A stretch of DNA of 64,000 bases, from NCBI RefSeq assembly GCF_001194135.2, contig NC_068985.1, positions 2,781,070 through 2,845,069 on the forward strand, read 5' to 3'. Positions within the stretch are counted from its first letter, which is position 1. Each line of letters starts with the position of its first letter. The stretch is from Octopus bimaculoides. Its lineage: Eukaryota. Shown piece after piece: positions 12,527 through 24,285 of this stretch. A program made the position numbers and the translations under genes. Below the pieces are notes generated by a model. That model did not search any database, was not told where the DNA came from, and worked only from the letters and a program-made list of their open reading frames with translations.

Positions 12527-13119
12527 ACACACACACCCACACACACACACACAGATTGACAGACAAACCAACAGATACAGCCACAGACACATTAAATGGC
12601 ATTCTGTATGAATGTAAATATGAGAGTATGATAGCACTCACACATATTACCATACAGGATGGTAATGATCACCTTTTACAGAGCACCCTTAAGTTATTAG
12701 ACGGTGAAAATAAAGCAAGATTAAAGGAATCTTGGCATGGTTACTTAATCAGGAATGCTACTGATAATTCCGGAGCAACAACAATGAATCTTGTCAGGAG
12801 TAAAATCTATCTAAACTGCTTTGCAGACTTCCTGCTTAAAGAATACCATAATTAGAAAATGTTCATCAGGAGATTTTTGCGACAACAAACCAAGTTAGAT
12901 TCAATGAAATAAATCAATTGTTGTGGAGTTATTTGAATCTACACTTTTTGACTCCAAACCATTTTTTCAACCACCTTTCTCCATTCTTCAAGATTTTTTT
13001 TTTATGATGAAGGACTTGCATACAAAACATCAAACATTTCCCCTTCTTTTTAAGCATATAACTAATGCAACTTGTTAAAACCCGTTTCTGCCATGTTTTC
13101 TTGTTTGTGATCATTGCCT

Positions 13120-13167
<48 letters not shown>

Positions 13168-14114
13168 ACAAACAAACATATATATACATATAACATTGTA
13201 TAACGCACAGGCATAACTAAAGTTTAGTGTATTACTCCTTCTCCAAATAACTTTCTTAATAATATTTATTTTCATTGAAATTTTGCAGATGTTTCTGAAG
13301 GTGCAGGTTATCATAATATGAAATTTTAAAAAGTTTTTTTTCTTTTTATATAAATAGAAAGAAAAATTAAATCCATGCCTTTTAACCATTCAATAAGTTG
13401 CTCATCATTATTGCACAGCACAAAAGAAATTATCACATTATCTTGGAAGCAATAATGGATAAGTTTACATTTAACCTATTATAATGCAGATTGGATTTCG
13501 GATAACCTGCAATATGCTCCTTACCACATCATTATGTTCTGTGATAACCATGAGCAAGCTGATGAATGGTTAAAATGGTATGAACTTCTTTTCCTTCTGA
13601 ATAAAAAAAAATTAAAGGAAAAGCTTTCATCAACATAATCCCAATCTACACCTTTGAAAATATAATCATGGAGAATTTTGTTTAAAAAAATGCATTCTGA
13701 AGGAACAAAACTAAGAGGGCCCTAAACCATAGGTATATCTAAGCCCCAACCTTCACTACAGCATACATACATGTTCAGTGAAAATAAGCAAACTGACACC
13801 ATTTTAGTACTTTGGACAAAATACTTTACAGATTTTGTTCCAACCCTTTAACATTGAGTTCTTAGGTGCCAGTGGTTCACCTGTCCAATTTATGTGTCAA
13901 CTGACCCAGTCTAACTTGCATAGATAGACCTATATCCAGTATGTTGGTAATGGTATGCTGAGGTTTCTAGCCAGAAGTGGATTGAAATAGTTGAAACAAT
14001 AATGAATGCATCAAATATTTGAGTAGATGACATGAAACACACACCATTACACACTTTCACTTTCTATCTCCTACAGCCACATGCATCCTAGGGTAGTTTC
14101 TTTCTGCTTGACTG

Positions 14115-14400
14115 GCTCCTATCATCCATCCCACCCATGCATGTATGGAAGATGGACTTTAAATAATGATGATGATGATGTCCTCCTCATCATCCCTAAT
14201 TGCACAGGTTGAGCAGTCTGACAGGAGTTGACAAGCCAGATGCCTGCACCAGACTCCAATCGCCTGTTTTGGCATGGTTTTTAGGGTTGGATGCCCTTCC
14301 TAAAGCCAACCACTTTACAGAATGTCCTGAGTGCCTCTTACAGGACACCAGCACCAGTGTTTTTTTATGACAGAAGCTCTTTTATGTGGCTTGAGCACAG
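14115..14400. mobile_element. Tail-to-tail pair of RTE-tail (family C) SINE/LINE fragments
   Basis: catg..tggaagatggactttaaataatgatgatg, followed by the opposite-orientation ...ccagactccaatc...ggatgcccttcctaaagccaaccact. Confidence 0.6.
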
Positions 14401-15106
14401 GTATGTTTCACATGAGAACAGCACAGATGCTTTTTGACACACACTCGCACACATATTCACAAGTTGAAAGACCAAATACAGCCTAGGACAAAGCCATCAT
14501 AGTAAATGAGCAACAATTGAATCACTTATAAGTCACAGTTTAGGCCCCAAATAAACACCAGCCAATTTCTCAATAACCCCGAGTCACCTCATAGGCTTGT
14601 ACTTAACAAAATATATTCAATTATTCTTTCACAGAGGTTCTATGCTCTACTATCGTGCAATTGTACAAGTTTGTTCCATCAAACACTCTAAAATTGTTTG
14701 GCAGAGTTTCAGTCTAAAGCACCCCAAAGCCAATTAATTCACAGACATTTTAGAAGCTAATAGACACCATCATTTTAGCAAGATTTATTTCTAGAAACAA
14801 AATGTTATTTGATGCATTTCAATACTTAATCTAGTATTTAGAAGAACATGTGCAGTTTTTAATAATTTAACCCATTTGGGTACCGCACAAAAGAGTGTCT
14901 GCGTAGATAAAACACTGTAATGAAAGATGTCCATGTATACTCCTTAACATGACAATGGCACAAAACTTGAGTTGTGAGACAAAGATTCAGTTTCAATAAA
15001 AAAAAAAACACCATATCATTAGCAACATGGATTAAGCACTTCTCTCTCATTCATCCAAACATAAAACAATGAATGAATGTATGTGTGTATGCACATATAT
15101 ACAAAT

Positions 15107-15270
15107 AGGCAATGATGTGGCTGTGTGGTAAGAAGTTTGCTTTCCAATTACATGGCTCAGGGTTCAGTCCCAGTGCATGATACCGTGTGTGTCTTCTACC
15201 TTAGCCTTTGGCTGACAAAAGCCTTGTGATTGAATTTTGTAGACAGAAACTGAGAGTAGCCTGTTGTAAA
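15107..15270 (+). mobile_element. SINE family A head
   Basis: gtggctgtgtggtaagaagtttgc...gggttcagtccc...aaagccttgtg...gtagacagaaactga. Confidence 0.8.
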
Positions 15271-15439
15271 TTTGGGTGTCTTTATGTCTGTGTTTGTAGA
15301 ACTGGAGAAGACCAAACTACCCAAGCAAACACAGCAAAATATAAGTTAAAATGGAGAAATAAAGACTGGAACATCTATTCTCATCTGGCTCTTTCACATC
15401 TGCTAACTCTTCACCTTCTCGCAGCCTTGTTTATCTAAT

Positions 15440-16110
15440 TCCAGCCCATCTCTCTACTAGTCACTGGATCTTGCCACATATGGGATGAGGGGAAACACCA
15501 GATCAGCCTGGATTGAAGCCCCACCTCTACCATCCTCGGCATCTTTCTAATGATTTCTTCTTCCCATTACATCACTTGAGTAACAAGGGATTGCTTTACA
15601 TTTGTTCATGTCCAACACACCTGTTCTTTTACACCTTCACCGCTAGCAAACACTCCCCTCATTCAGATCACTTCTCTGTTGGCAACGGTCACCACCCCCT
15701 TACCACCTAATATTACTCTTCTATGTGGCATTCATTGATATCCATCACACACACACCCTCTTTCCCCATCCACCCTGACATTTAGTACATCTCTCCTCTC
15801 TCACAGTTTACTATTCGCTGACTGCCTCTCGTTAGCATCTAGTGCCTCCCTATCTTCATTGTACCTGAGTACTAAAAGACTGCAACAGATCTGTTGGTAA
15901 CTCACACCGCCCAAGTTCTCACCCCCACGCCTACCACAATCCTTCGCTAATGAGGAAATGGCAATGCCTCTGGTCCTCTCTCCCATCCTTTACTTCTTGT
16001 TCCCTCGGATATCCATCAGTCTCTCTCCATTGCCATCTCAACTCTTCATCACTCACGGCCCCTCCTTCTTCAAGGCACTTACTGTTGGCATCCAGCAAAC
16101 TCTTACCACT
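15440..16110 (+). mobile_element. Highly degenerate non-LTR RT relic (I/Jockey-like)
   Basis: Near 15965-16010 it reads VLSPILYFLF-(fs)-SDI, like RT motif (PQGS)VLSPILYNLFTSDI. No YADD motif recovered. Confidence 0.3.
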
Positions 16111-16329
16111 GGCCTTTCTTCTTTTATCCATCTCTCTCTCTCTCTCTCTCTCCCTCCCCACTAACCATTAAGGTTAGGGTCCTGTTTTCCTCTTTACTCC
16201 CTCCTCTTCTAACTGCCATCCTAATCACCCTGCTTCACCCTTTACACTCTTACTTCTCTCTCCTTTTCCTCCCAATTCTTTTTCCTTTGCAATCACTCCG
16301 CCCCCACCTTCTAGCCACTCTGTCATTCC

Positions 16330-16492
16330 CACTGCCCTCTACGAACAGACACACATGCAGAATTGTGCATACTTCTTGTTTTACAGCAGTCAATTGGAGC
16401 ATGGTGCAATTCTCCAACTTGCCAGCTCCTGTTAAACTTTCCAACCCATACCAGCATGGAAAACAGACGTTAAATGATGATGATGATGATGA
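16330..16492 (+). mobile_element. Family C (RTE-tail) fragment
   Basis: ...ccaacccataccagcatggaaaacagacgttaaatgatgatgatgatgat. Confidence 0.8.
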
Positions 16493-16994
16493 TAAAGCAA
16501 TAGCATTTGTGTTATAGAAGACATTTGCGCAAGGTGAGAAGCTAGCTTCTTATCACACAGCTATGAAATATTTATGTTGTATTATGTCCAAATTCACTTG
16601 AGTAGATACATGAGGAACCGTTCAACTAGATCTAAGCCATACATGCTTAGGTGAGAAACGTTTTTTCATATTTTTTAAAACTTTCACATATCTTAAAAAG
16701 ACTTTTTAAAATTGAAAAAAAACAAAAAACATCTTAGCAGTTATCAAATAAAGTTTAAAAATTAAAAGAAAATATTTTTTCATCTATTTTGCAAAATAAT
16801 TACAAGAAATACTATTAATAAGAGCAATGAAATCTAATTTTCTATTTAGGAGAAAAAAACTGTAAATAAAAAAACTATAATAAAAAGAAAAAAATAATAA
16901 TTAGCCAGCGAAGTCATAGCCTCAGTAGAATATAGAGGATCCAAGTTAAAAATATACCACATATTCTTTTCTCTTATGTTACTGGATGCTGTAT

Positions 16995-17074
16995 AGACAC
17001 ACATGTATACACACACAGCAATACATATACATATATACATGTATATGTATATATATATAATACACACACATACA

Positions 17075-17124
<50 letters not shown>

Positions 17125-17442
17125 TGTATATACATATATATATAATACACACATACATGTATATATATATGTATATATATATATATNNNNNNNNNNNNNN
17201 NNNNNNNNNNNNNNNNNNNNNNNNNNNNNNNNNNNNNNNNNNNNNNNNNNNNNNNNNNNNNNNNNNNNNNNNNNNNNNNNNNNNNNNNNNNNNNNNNNNN
17301 NNNNNNNNNNNNNNNNNNNNNNNNNNNNNNNNNNNNNNNNNNNNNNNNNNNNNNNNNNNNNNNNNNNNNNNNNNNNNNNNNNNNNNNNNNNNNNNNNNNN
17401 NNNNNNNNNNNNNNNNNNNNNNNNATAATACACACACATACA

Positions 17443-17482
<40 letters not shown>
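16995..17482. repeat. Compound (TA)/(CA)/(TG) microsatellite around a gap
   Basis: Direct inspection. Confidence 0.95.
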
Positions 17483-17483
<1 letters not shown>

Positions 17484-18692
17484 TAATCCCCATTCTCATT
17501 ATCTTGTTTAATTTCAGCTAAGGTATTTGAAAATTGCTAGTAAATCCTTCATGGATATTATTTCTGTAGTGACAATATATTTTCTGTCTCTCTCTGTCTC
17601 TCTAACACACACAAATGCACGCACACACACGAACACACAAACACCTCAGTGAAACTAGTAAATGCACTGCAATATTCATATGTTGCAGTTATTAGAGTTA
17701 TGAATGTAGAAAATTGAATCTTTTAACTAAAAATAGACTCAGCTTCCAGGAATAGAAAATTGTTTCACGTTGCAAAAGGAGACAATTTCCAATTATTTGA
17801 ATATTTGTATTGGCATGTTAAACCAATCCTAGTGTCAGAATTATAGCTTTGTAGACTTATATTATAAAACGAAGATGGAAGAAAAAAAACACAACAACAA
17901 GAGAAGACAAAAGAAAAAGACAAAAATCCCACCACAGGCAAACAGAGAATAGTTTTCAATGTAGAGGTAAAATGAAAATATGATTGGTGTGGTACATTGA
18001 GGTGGCATTTCATTGAATGTGCCAAAACAAGAAAATGTTAATATAACAAGTGCAAGAAGAATTTGTAAAGGTGTTAGTGCACCTAACACCACAAATATGA
18101 AATTATGTCAATACCATACCGACAAATACAACCTGTATATTCCATTTTGATCATCTCTCTCTCCCTCTCTCCCACTACATATATCATTTTCACCATCATT
18201 ATTATCATCATTATTTAACATGCGTAAGAAAACCATGACATTCTGTGCAAGAAATTATCATTGACAAGCGTATATTATCGAGATAATCAGATCAATGTTA
18301 TTTTATATCAATATACTATACTTTCTATATGGTCTACTAATACTATACATAACATACTGATAATATTAGTAGCTGTGGTAGTTTATTTTTTTAACTGGAA
18401 AAGAAAAAGTGTCTTTTTTCCTTTTCTATTCATTTTAACTAAGAACAATAATTATTGAAATATATATTTTCTTTTCTTGTGGAATTCAAAATAATCAATT
18501 GAAATACTATACAGAGTACAAGTTTTATGTGAACACAGAAATGCACATTTATAACTGTCTAAGTTGTATTTTTTAATAAAATATTTAGAACAATTTGTCT
18601 TCCAAAATTAAGTTTACAGGAGAAAATAGATTACAAGAAAATGTTTCTGAACATGTGGAAAGAAAGACAAAGATACACACACACATATATAC

Positions 18693-18747
<55 letters not shown>

Positions 18748-19530
18748 CATACACACACACACACATATTTATATGTACACATACTTCAAATATTGGATTA
18801 AAAACAGAAATAAACAACAAAAGCAAAACCATTATTAATAACTGGTTTGAATTGCTCTCACTCCCCCTCACACACACTTCAAGAAAATAGGCAAAAAAAA
18901 ACTGACTTTTGCTTATTAGATTACTATTACAATATTAGTTTATTTGTTGTTGTTTTTTTTTTCAAAATTAAATTGATTTTTTTTTTCTTTTGCAATGAAA
19001 TTCAAAGAAAATTTCATTACAAAATTTAATAACGATTCCTCTACCCACTTTCATGCAGAGTTCATTTTTTGGGCAAAAGAAAATGAAAGAAAGAAATGAA
19101 ATATTATCAATCCATCCTGCCTCAGTATATTACAAGTAATTATTTTATTCACCTTCCACCCTGGGAATGGGAAGACCGCATTAAGTTCAATGGAATTTGA
19201 GCATATAACTGTAAAGTATTGAACTACAAATTATGCACTATCTGCACAAGTCCTCCATTGATCTGTCATGTTGATCAGCCTGTCAGATTTAACAAGGATT
19301 TCTATCTACAAAACAGTATCAAAGAAAAGATTATCAGTGCTCTATATAGTGATAGGAATGTCTAGATTAGTGTCTTGCTGTTTTAATGTATCTTTTGGCT
19401 GCACAAATATGGAATACAGTCTCTAAAGATGGTTACTAATATTGTACGAGGCAGACAAAGAAAGAGGAGAAATTCTTGCAAGGATAGATAGCCTCCACAT
19501 CATACTGTAACTCTAACATTATGCAATATA

Positions 19531-20079
19531 TGAGGGTGAGTCAAAACGTAATGCCATTTTGTTTAGGACAGGTATAATTACCAACACAGGAACATGTATC
19601 ATACATCAAAATGAAGCTGGTCCTCTGTGGATCACATCCCTACTTCTCAACATAGTCACCATTTCTCTCAATAGCAATGTTCCACCTTTGAATGAGAGCA
19701 TGTATCCTTGCCCCAGAAAATTCTGTTGACTGTTCTTTGAGCCACTTCTTCACTATAGTTTTCACTTCTTCATCACTGGACTATCATCTCTTTGGCCCCA
19801 TGAGAGAGGGTTTGAGAGGCAAACATTATTCCAGTGACGAGGAAATAAAAACTATAGTGAAGAAGTGGCTCAAAGAACAGTCGACAGAATTTTACGGGGC
19901 AAGGATACATGCTCTCATTCGAAGGTGGAACATTACAATTGAGAGAAACGGTGACTATGTTGAGAAGTAAGGATGTGATCCACAGAGGACCAGCTTCATT
20001 TTGATGTATGATACATGTTCTTGTGTTGCTAATTATACCTGTCCTAAATAAAATAGAATTACTTTTTGACTCACCCTCG
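19531..20079. mobile_element. Fold-back mariner-derived MITE (549 bp, ~250-bp inverted arms)
   Basis: TA TSD at both ends; termini (C)GAGGGTGAGTCAAAA. Arms 19531-19780 and 19830-20079 differ at ~20 positions. The + strand encodes a mariner C-terminus, DYHLFGPMREGLRGKHYSSDEEIKTIVKKWL...RWNITIERNGDYVEK. Confidence 0.92.
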
Positions 20080-20127
20080 TAACAAAGAGAATCACAAATA
20101 AATTTTGAAATTATTATCTTACCACAT

Positions 20128-20408
20128 ATAAAGCACTGGTAATGATGCCATGTAAAAAAAAAAAAGCATCCAGTACATGCTATAGAGTGGTTGGCATTAG
20201 GAAGGGCATGCAGCTGTAGAGACTATACCGAAACAAACAATCGGAGTCTGGTGCAAATGTCTGGTTTGCCAGCACAGAAAAAAGATGAAGTATAACATAA
20301 GACAAGATTTTCAATGGAAGATGGTGAGGCTTCTGGCCTTGCCAGCTCCTGTCATGTCATCCAACAATGTCAGCTTGGAAAACGGATGCTAAATAATGAT
20401 GATGATGT
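20128..20408 (+). mobile_element. Family C (RTE-tail) SINE
   Basis: gtggttggcattaggaagggcatgcagctgtaga...ggaaaacggatgctaaataatgatgatgatg. Confidence 0.75.
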
Positions 20409-20776
20409 ATGGTAGGCGTATCCTGTAAATTGTTACTTTGCTCATTTGTTTATTGGTGTGCATGTGGGGCATGCATTCATGCACATGCAAACACTGTCAC
20501 ATTTCGTAATAATTATATCCAGTTTCTATTGTCTAATCAGAAAGCTTTGGGCACATACAAAGAGGATGAAAGCAGACTACAACAAAACAATAGCTCGCCT
20601 ACATTGATGGGGATATAACAAATCCCTTGTAATATGCAGCAGGACAGATATCCCCCACCCCACCTCAAGACACAGCCCAACTATTTTGATCAGTGGGAAG
20701 TGTATATAGGGAGAAACTGGAGAAGCATACATGAATTAGATCTTAAAAAGATAGCATACAAAACAACAATATACAC

Positions 20777-21010
20777 GGGCATATGGCGTAGTGATTAAGA
20801 GCGCAGGCTACTAACCCCAAGATTCTGAGTTCGATTCCAGGTAGTGATCTGAATAATAATAATAATAGCATCGAAAAATACCTTAGGAATGAGAACCCAG
20901 GTTTGAAATTTCCCCAAGACATTTGATGAAGGCTGGAGAGTATTATCAGCCGAAATGTTGTGTTAACAATAAACCAGATGAGGACAAATATCTGTCAAAT
21001 GTAAATAAAG
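20777..21010 (+). mobile_element. tRNA-headed SINE family D carrying a hammerhead-ribozyme-like motif
   Basis: A box TGGCGTAGTGA (20784-94), B box GAGTTCGATTCC (20827-38), (TAA)n linker, and a body with a hammerhead-like fold at 20918-20964. Confidence 0.85.
20918..20964 (+). ncRNA. Minimal type I hammerhead ribozyme motif (mutated: C3>U, C15.2>U)
   Basis: gacat-TTGATGA-a-GGCTG(gagagtattat)CAGCC-GAAA-tgtt-gtgtt. Confidence 0.6.
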
Positions 21011-21025
21011 TAAATAATGAATATA

Positions 21026-21896
21026 CAAGGTGTTTGGGTTAAATTTAATTCTTTATGTCTCCTTTCTTCAGGAACAGCTTGATATATTGGTGAATAGTCA
21101 ATTGGTGAGCATAAAGATAGAATTTGTGATTGAGAAAAAGTTAGCTGACATGGAGGACAGGAAGCCATTTGAATATTGGGAAAGAGTTACCCGTATCATG
21201 AAGATTCATGCCAAGTATCAAAAAGCTGACATCAGAATTGGCTGCTCAATGCTCTGTGAAGATTGTAACAGTGATAAGACATGACACGGACAGCTGCAGC
21301 AGAGATAATGAAGTTGTGGCCTCTAGAAATGATACAGCAGGCATTCTGATTGCATCCAAATGCTGGAATTCAAGCATACATCTTTGAACATGGCCTTAAG
21401 CTCAATTCTGACAGCTATGTGAAGCTGCTAGAGACTATGATCAAACTTTGGCTGGATAGGTTAGATGCTGGGAGGCCATATGTGTGGTACCAGGGTTTGG
21501 CTTCTTGCTATAATTCAGGAAAGAATGAGAAATGGTTGTCAGAGAATTTCAACCATTTCAACAGCCCCAACTTCTGACCCCTTAATTCTTTCAGTTGTCA
21601 TCTTATGGATTACTATGTATGGGGGTGTGGTTGAGAAAGACACCAACTGCTCTGCCTACAACACATGAAGGCTCAGCTGGTTGCCAAGATCAAAGAGGTG
21701 TTTGAAGATATTCTCAGGAACACAGTGAAAAATGCATCATGGTGGAAGCTGAAGGTGATTATTTCAAGTAAACTATTACCTTCCAGCCATAATACTTTTT
21801 GATATTTTTTGATATTTTAAAAAACTTTTATTTGGGGATAGGATATGATTTCCTTTTCCTTTTATGCAAACTGTCAAAACCTATCTCAACACCCTG
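21026..21896 (+). mobile_element. Internally deleted maT-like (DD37D) transposon
   Basis: TA-flanked termini CAAGGTGTT / CAGGGTGTT. Relic LKLNSDSYVKLLE...RPYVWYQ[D>G]...KWLSENF...SPNF*PLNS..CHLMDYYVWG, with 37 residues between the second and third catalytic positions. Confidence 0.8.
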
Positions 21897-21965
21897 TATA
21901 CAGCCCACTTCCTGACATTCCTGTTAAAGCATTCCAGGAAATGTACTTCAGTTTCAAACGGGATA

Positions 21966-22320
21966 CTATCATCATCATCATCATCATCATCATCATTTAA
22001 CGTCTGTTGTCCATGCTGGCATGGGTTGAGCGGTTTGACCCGGGCTGGCCAGCTGGATGGCTGCACCACACACCAGTCTGATTTGGCATGGTTTCTATGG
22101 GTGGATACCATTCCTAACACCAATAGCTCCAAGTGTGTAATGAGTGTTTTTGTGTGCCACTTGTGCGACACTAGTATCTGCCATGAGTGCGATTTTATTT
22201 GGCTTGATGGGTCTTCTTCTCAAGCAGGACATAATGCCAAGGACTTGGTCATTCATCATCGCATCCATGAGGTCCAACACTAGAAAGGAGCTTTTCACAT
22301 GCCACCGACATTATCCACTT
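21966..22320 (-). mobile_element. Family C (RTE-tail) copy
   Basis: (catcat)n ttaacgtctgttgtccatgctggcatgggttg... Confidence 0.8.
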
Positions 22321-22387
22321 AGATAATGCTTTTTGTAATGGGTTGAGCGGCTGTAATGAAATATCAACTGCTAAACAACAACAAAAA

Positions 22388-23497
22388 AAAAGGAGAGGGT
22401 CATAGTCCAACTAATTAGAGAGAGAGTTAGCCTAGATGAGATGCAGTTTGGCTTTGTCACAGGAAGAAGCAGCACTGATGCTATATTTCTAGTAAGGCAG
22501 CTGCAGGAGAAATACCTAGCCAAAGATAAACCTCTGTAGTTGGCTTTTGTTAACATGGAGAAAGCCTTTGACAAGGTCCCCCCGATCCCTTAGCTGGTGA
22601 TCAATGTGGAAACTAGGGATAGATGAGTGGTTGGTGAAACCTGTACAAGCCATATACAGGGATGCTGTCAGTAAGATGAGGGTTGGTAAAGATTATAGCA
22701 AAGAATTCCGGGTACAAGTAGGCATTCACCAAGGATCAGTCCTCAGCCCCCTCTTATTCATCATAGTCCACCCAGAAATAACAGAGGAATTCAAGACAGG
22801 CTGCCCCTGGGAGCACCTCTATGTTGATGGCCTTGCTCTAATAGCTGAATCACTGCCAGAACTAGAGACAAAGTTTCAGGTGTGGAAGCAAGGTCTAGAA
22901 TCAAAGGGCCTTAGAGTCAATCTAGCAAAAACCAAAGTCTTAGTAAGTAGGAAGGCAGACAAATCACAAATACCTTCAGGTAGATGGCCCTGCTCAATAT
23001 GTAGAAAAGGTGTAAGTAGAAACTCCATAAGATGTACCCATTGTAAACTATGGACATATAAAAGGTGCAGCAATATCAGAGGAAGGTTAACTAGGAAGAT
23101 AGTTTTGTGTGTGGCAGATAAACACTGAAGAACTACAGAAAACAGGGGGAAAAACTATTAGTAGTTGATAGTGTCTGTTACCTAGGTGACCAAGTCAGTG
23201 CCGAGGTGGATGCTCTGAGAGCATAGCTGCTAGAATAAGAATAGCCTGGGCAAAGTTCAGAGAGCTCCTACCTCTGCTAGTAACAAAGGGCCTCTCACTC
23301 AGAGTAAAAGGTAGACGGTATGAGGCTTGTGTGTGAACAGCCATGCCACATGGCAGTGAAACATGGGCTGTGACTGTAGAGGCGATGCGTAGGCTTGAAA
23401 GAAATGAAGCCAGTATGCTCCACTGGATGTGTAATGTCAGTGTGCATACACTAGCAGAGTGTAAGCACCCAGAGAGAAAAGTTGGAGATAAGAAGCA
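22388..23497 (+). mobile_element. RTE LINE reverse-transcriptase fragment
   Basis: ERVIVQLIRERVSLDEMQFGFVTGRSSTDAIFLVRQLQEKY...AFVNMEKAFDKVP...GIHQGSVLSPLLF...LYVDGLALI...NLAKTK...HGSETWAV; contains stops and frameshifts. Confidence 0.93.
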
Positions 23498-23545
<48 letters not shown>

Positions 23546-23562
23546 GGCCTCAGAATAATCTC

Positions 23563-23742
23563 TATCAACCAATCCTTCTTTCTTTATTGTCCACAAGGGG
23601 CTAAACATAGAGGGGACAAACAAGGACAGACAAAGGGATTAAGTTGATTACATCAACCCCAGTGCGTAACTGGTACTTAATTTATCGACCCTGAAAGGAT
23701 GAAAGGAAAAGTCGACCTCGGCGGAATTTGAACTCAGAACTC
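23563..23742 (-). mobile_element. SINE family B
   Basis: Reverse complement of ctgagttcaaattccgccgaggtcgacttttcctttcatcctttcagggtcgataaattaagtaccagttacgcactgggg... Confidence 0.85.
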
Positions 23743-23995
23743 ATAAGGCATTGGTCTATAATAGAAGACAACTGATGCAACATGTCACGCAGTGGGATTG
23801 AACCTGGGCCTCTGAAGTTACAAAACAAACAACTTAACCACAACCCTCTGTTTCTTAAACATCAAAAAAAAAAAACATTTTCAAGGGGAGTTGAAGTATC
23901 TGGTGAAGTTCATTGTTCAACAAATAAACTTAAATCCTATTAAAAAATAATTCCTATTAACCACAAGTTTGTACAAAGGTATAATGTAGATTAAG

Positions 23996-24029
<34 letters not shown>

Positions 24030-24285
24030 GGTTAACATCCGCTTTCCATGCTGGCATGGGTTGGACGGTTTGACTGGGGACTGACAAGCCAGAAGGCTGC
24101 ACCAGGCTCCAATCTGATTTGGCAATGTTTCTACAGCTGGATGCCCTTCTTAACGCCAACCACTCCAAGAGTGTAGTGGATGCTTTTTACACGCCACCGG
24201 CATGGGAGCCAGCCAGGCAGCACTGGCATCGGCCACATTTGGATGGTGCTTTTTACATGCCACCAGCACAGGAGCCAGTCGGGGT
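23996..24285 (-). mobile_element. Family C (RTE-tail) copy
   Basis: (catcat)n...ccgctttccatgctggcatgggttggacgg...ctggatgcccttcttaacgccaaccact. Confidence 0.85.

Noticed and set aside
13525-13596. 72-nt minus-strand exon-like segment (tttttattcag ... GTG|gtaagg), open in one frame (RKRSSYHFNHSSACSWLSQNIMM)
   Set aside because: No similarity to MASTL or any family I recognise; its phase (2) does not fit the MASTL donor (1); such pairs arise by chance in AT-rich DNA.
20777-20845. tRNA-like sequence (CT-ACT-AA loop); similar heads at 47043, 51466 and 54058
   Set aside because: No complete acceptor stem, and each runs into a SINE body. These are SINE heads, not tRNA genes.
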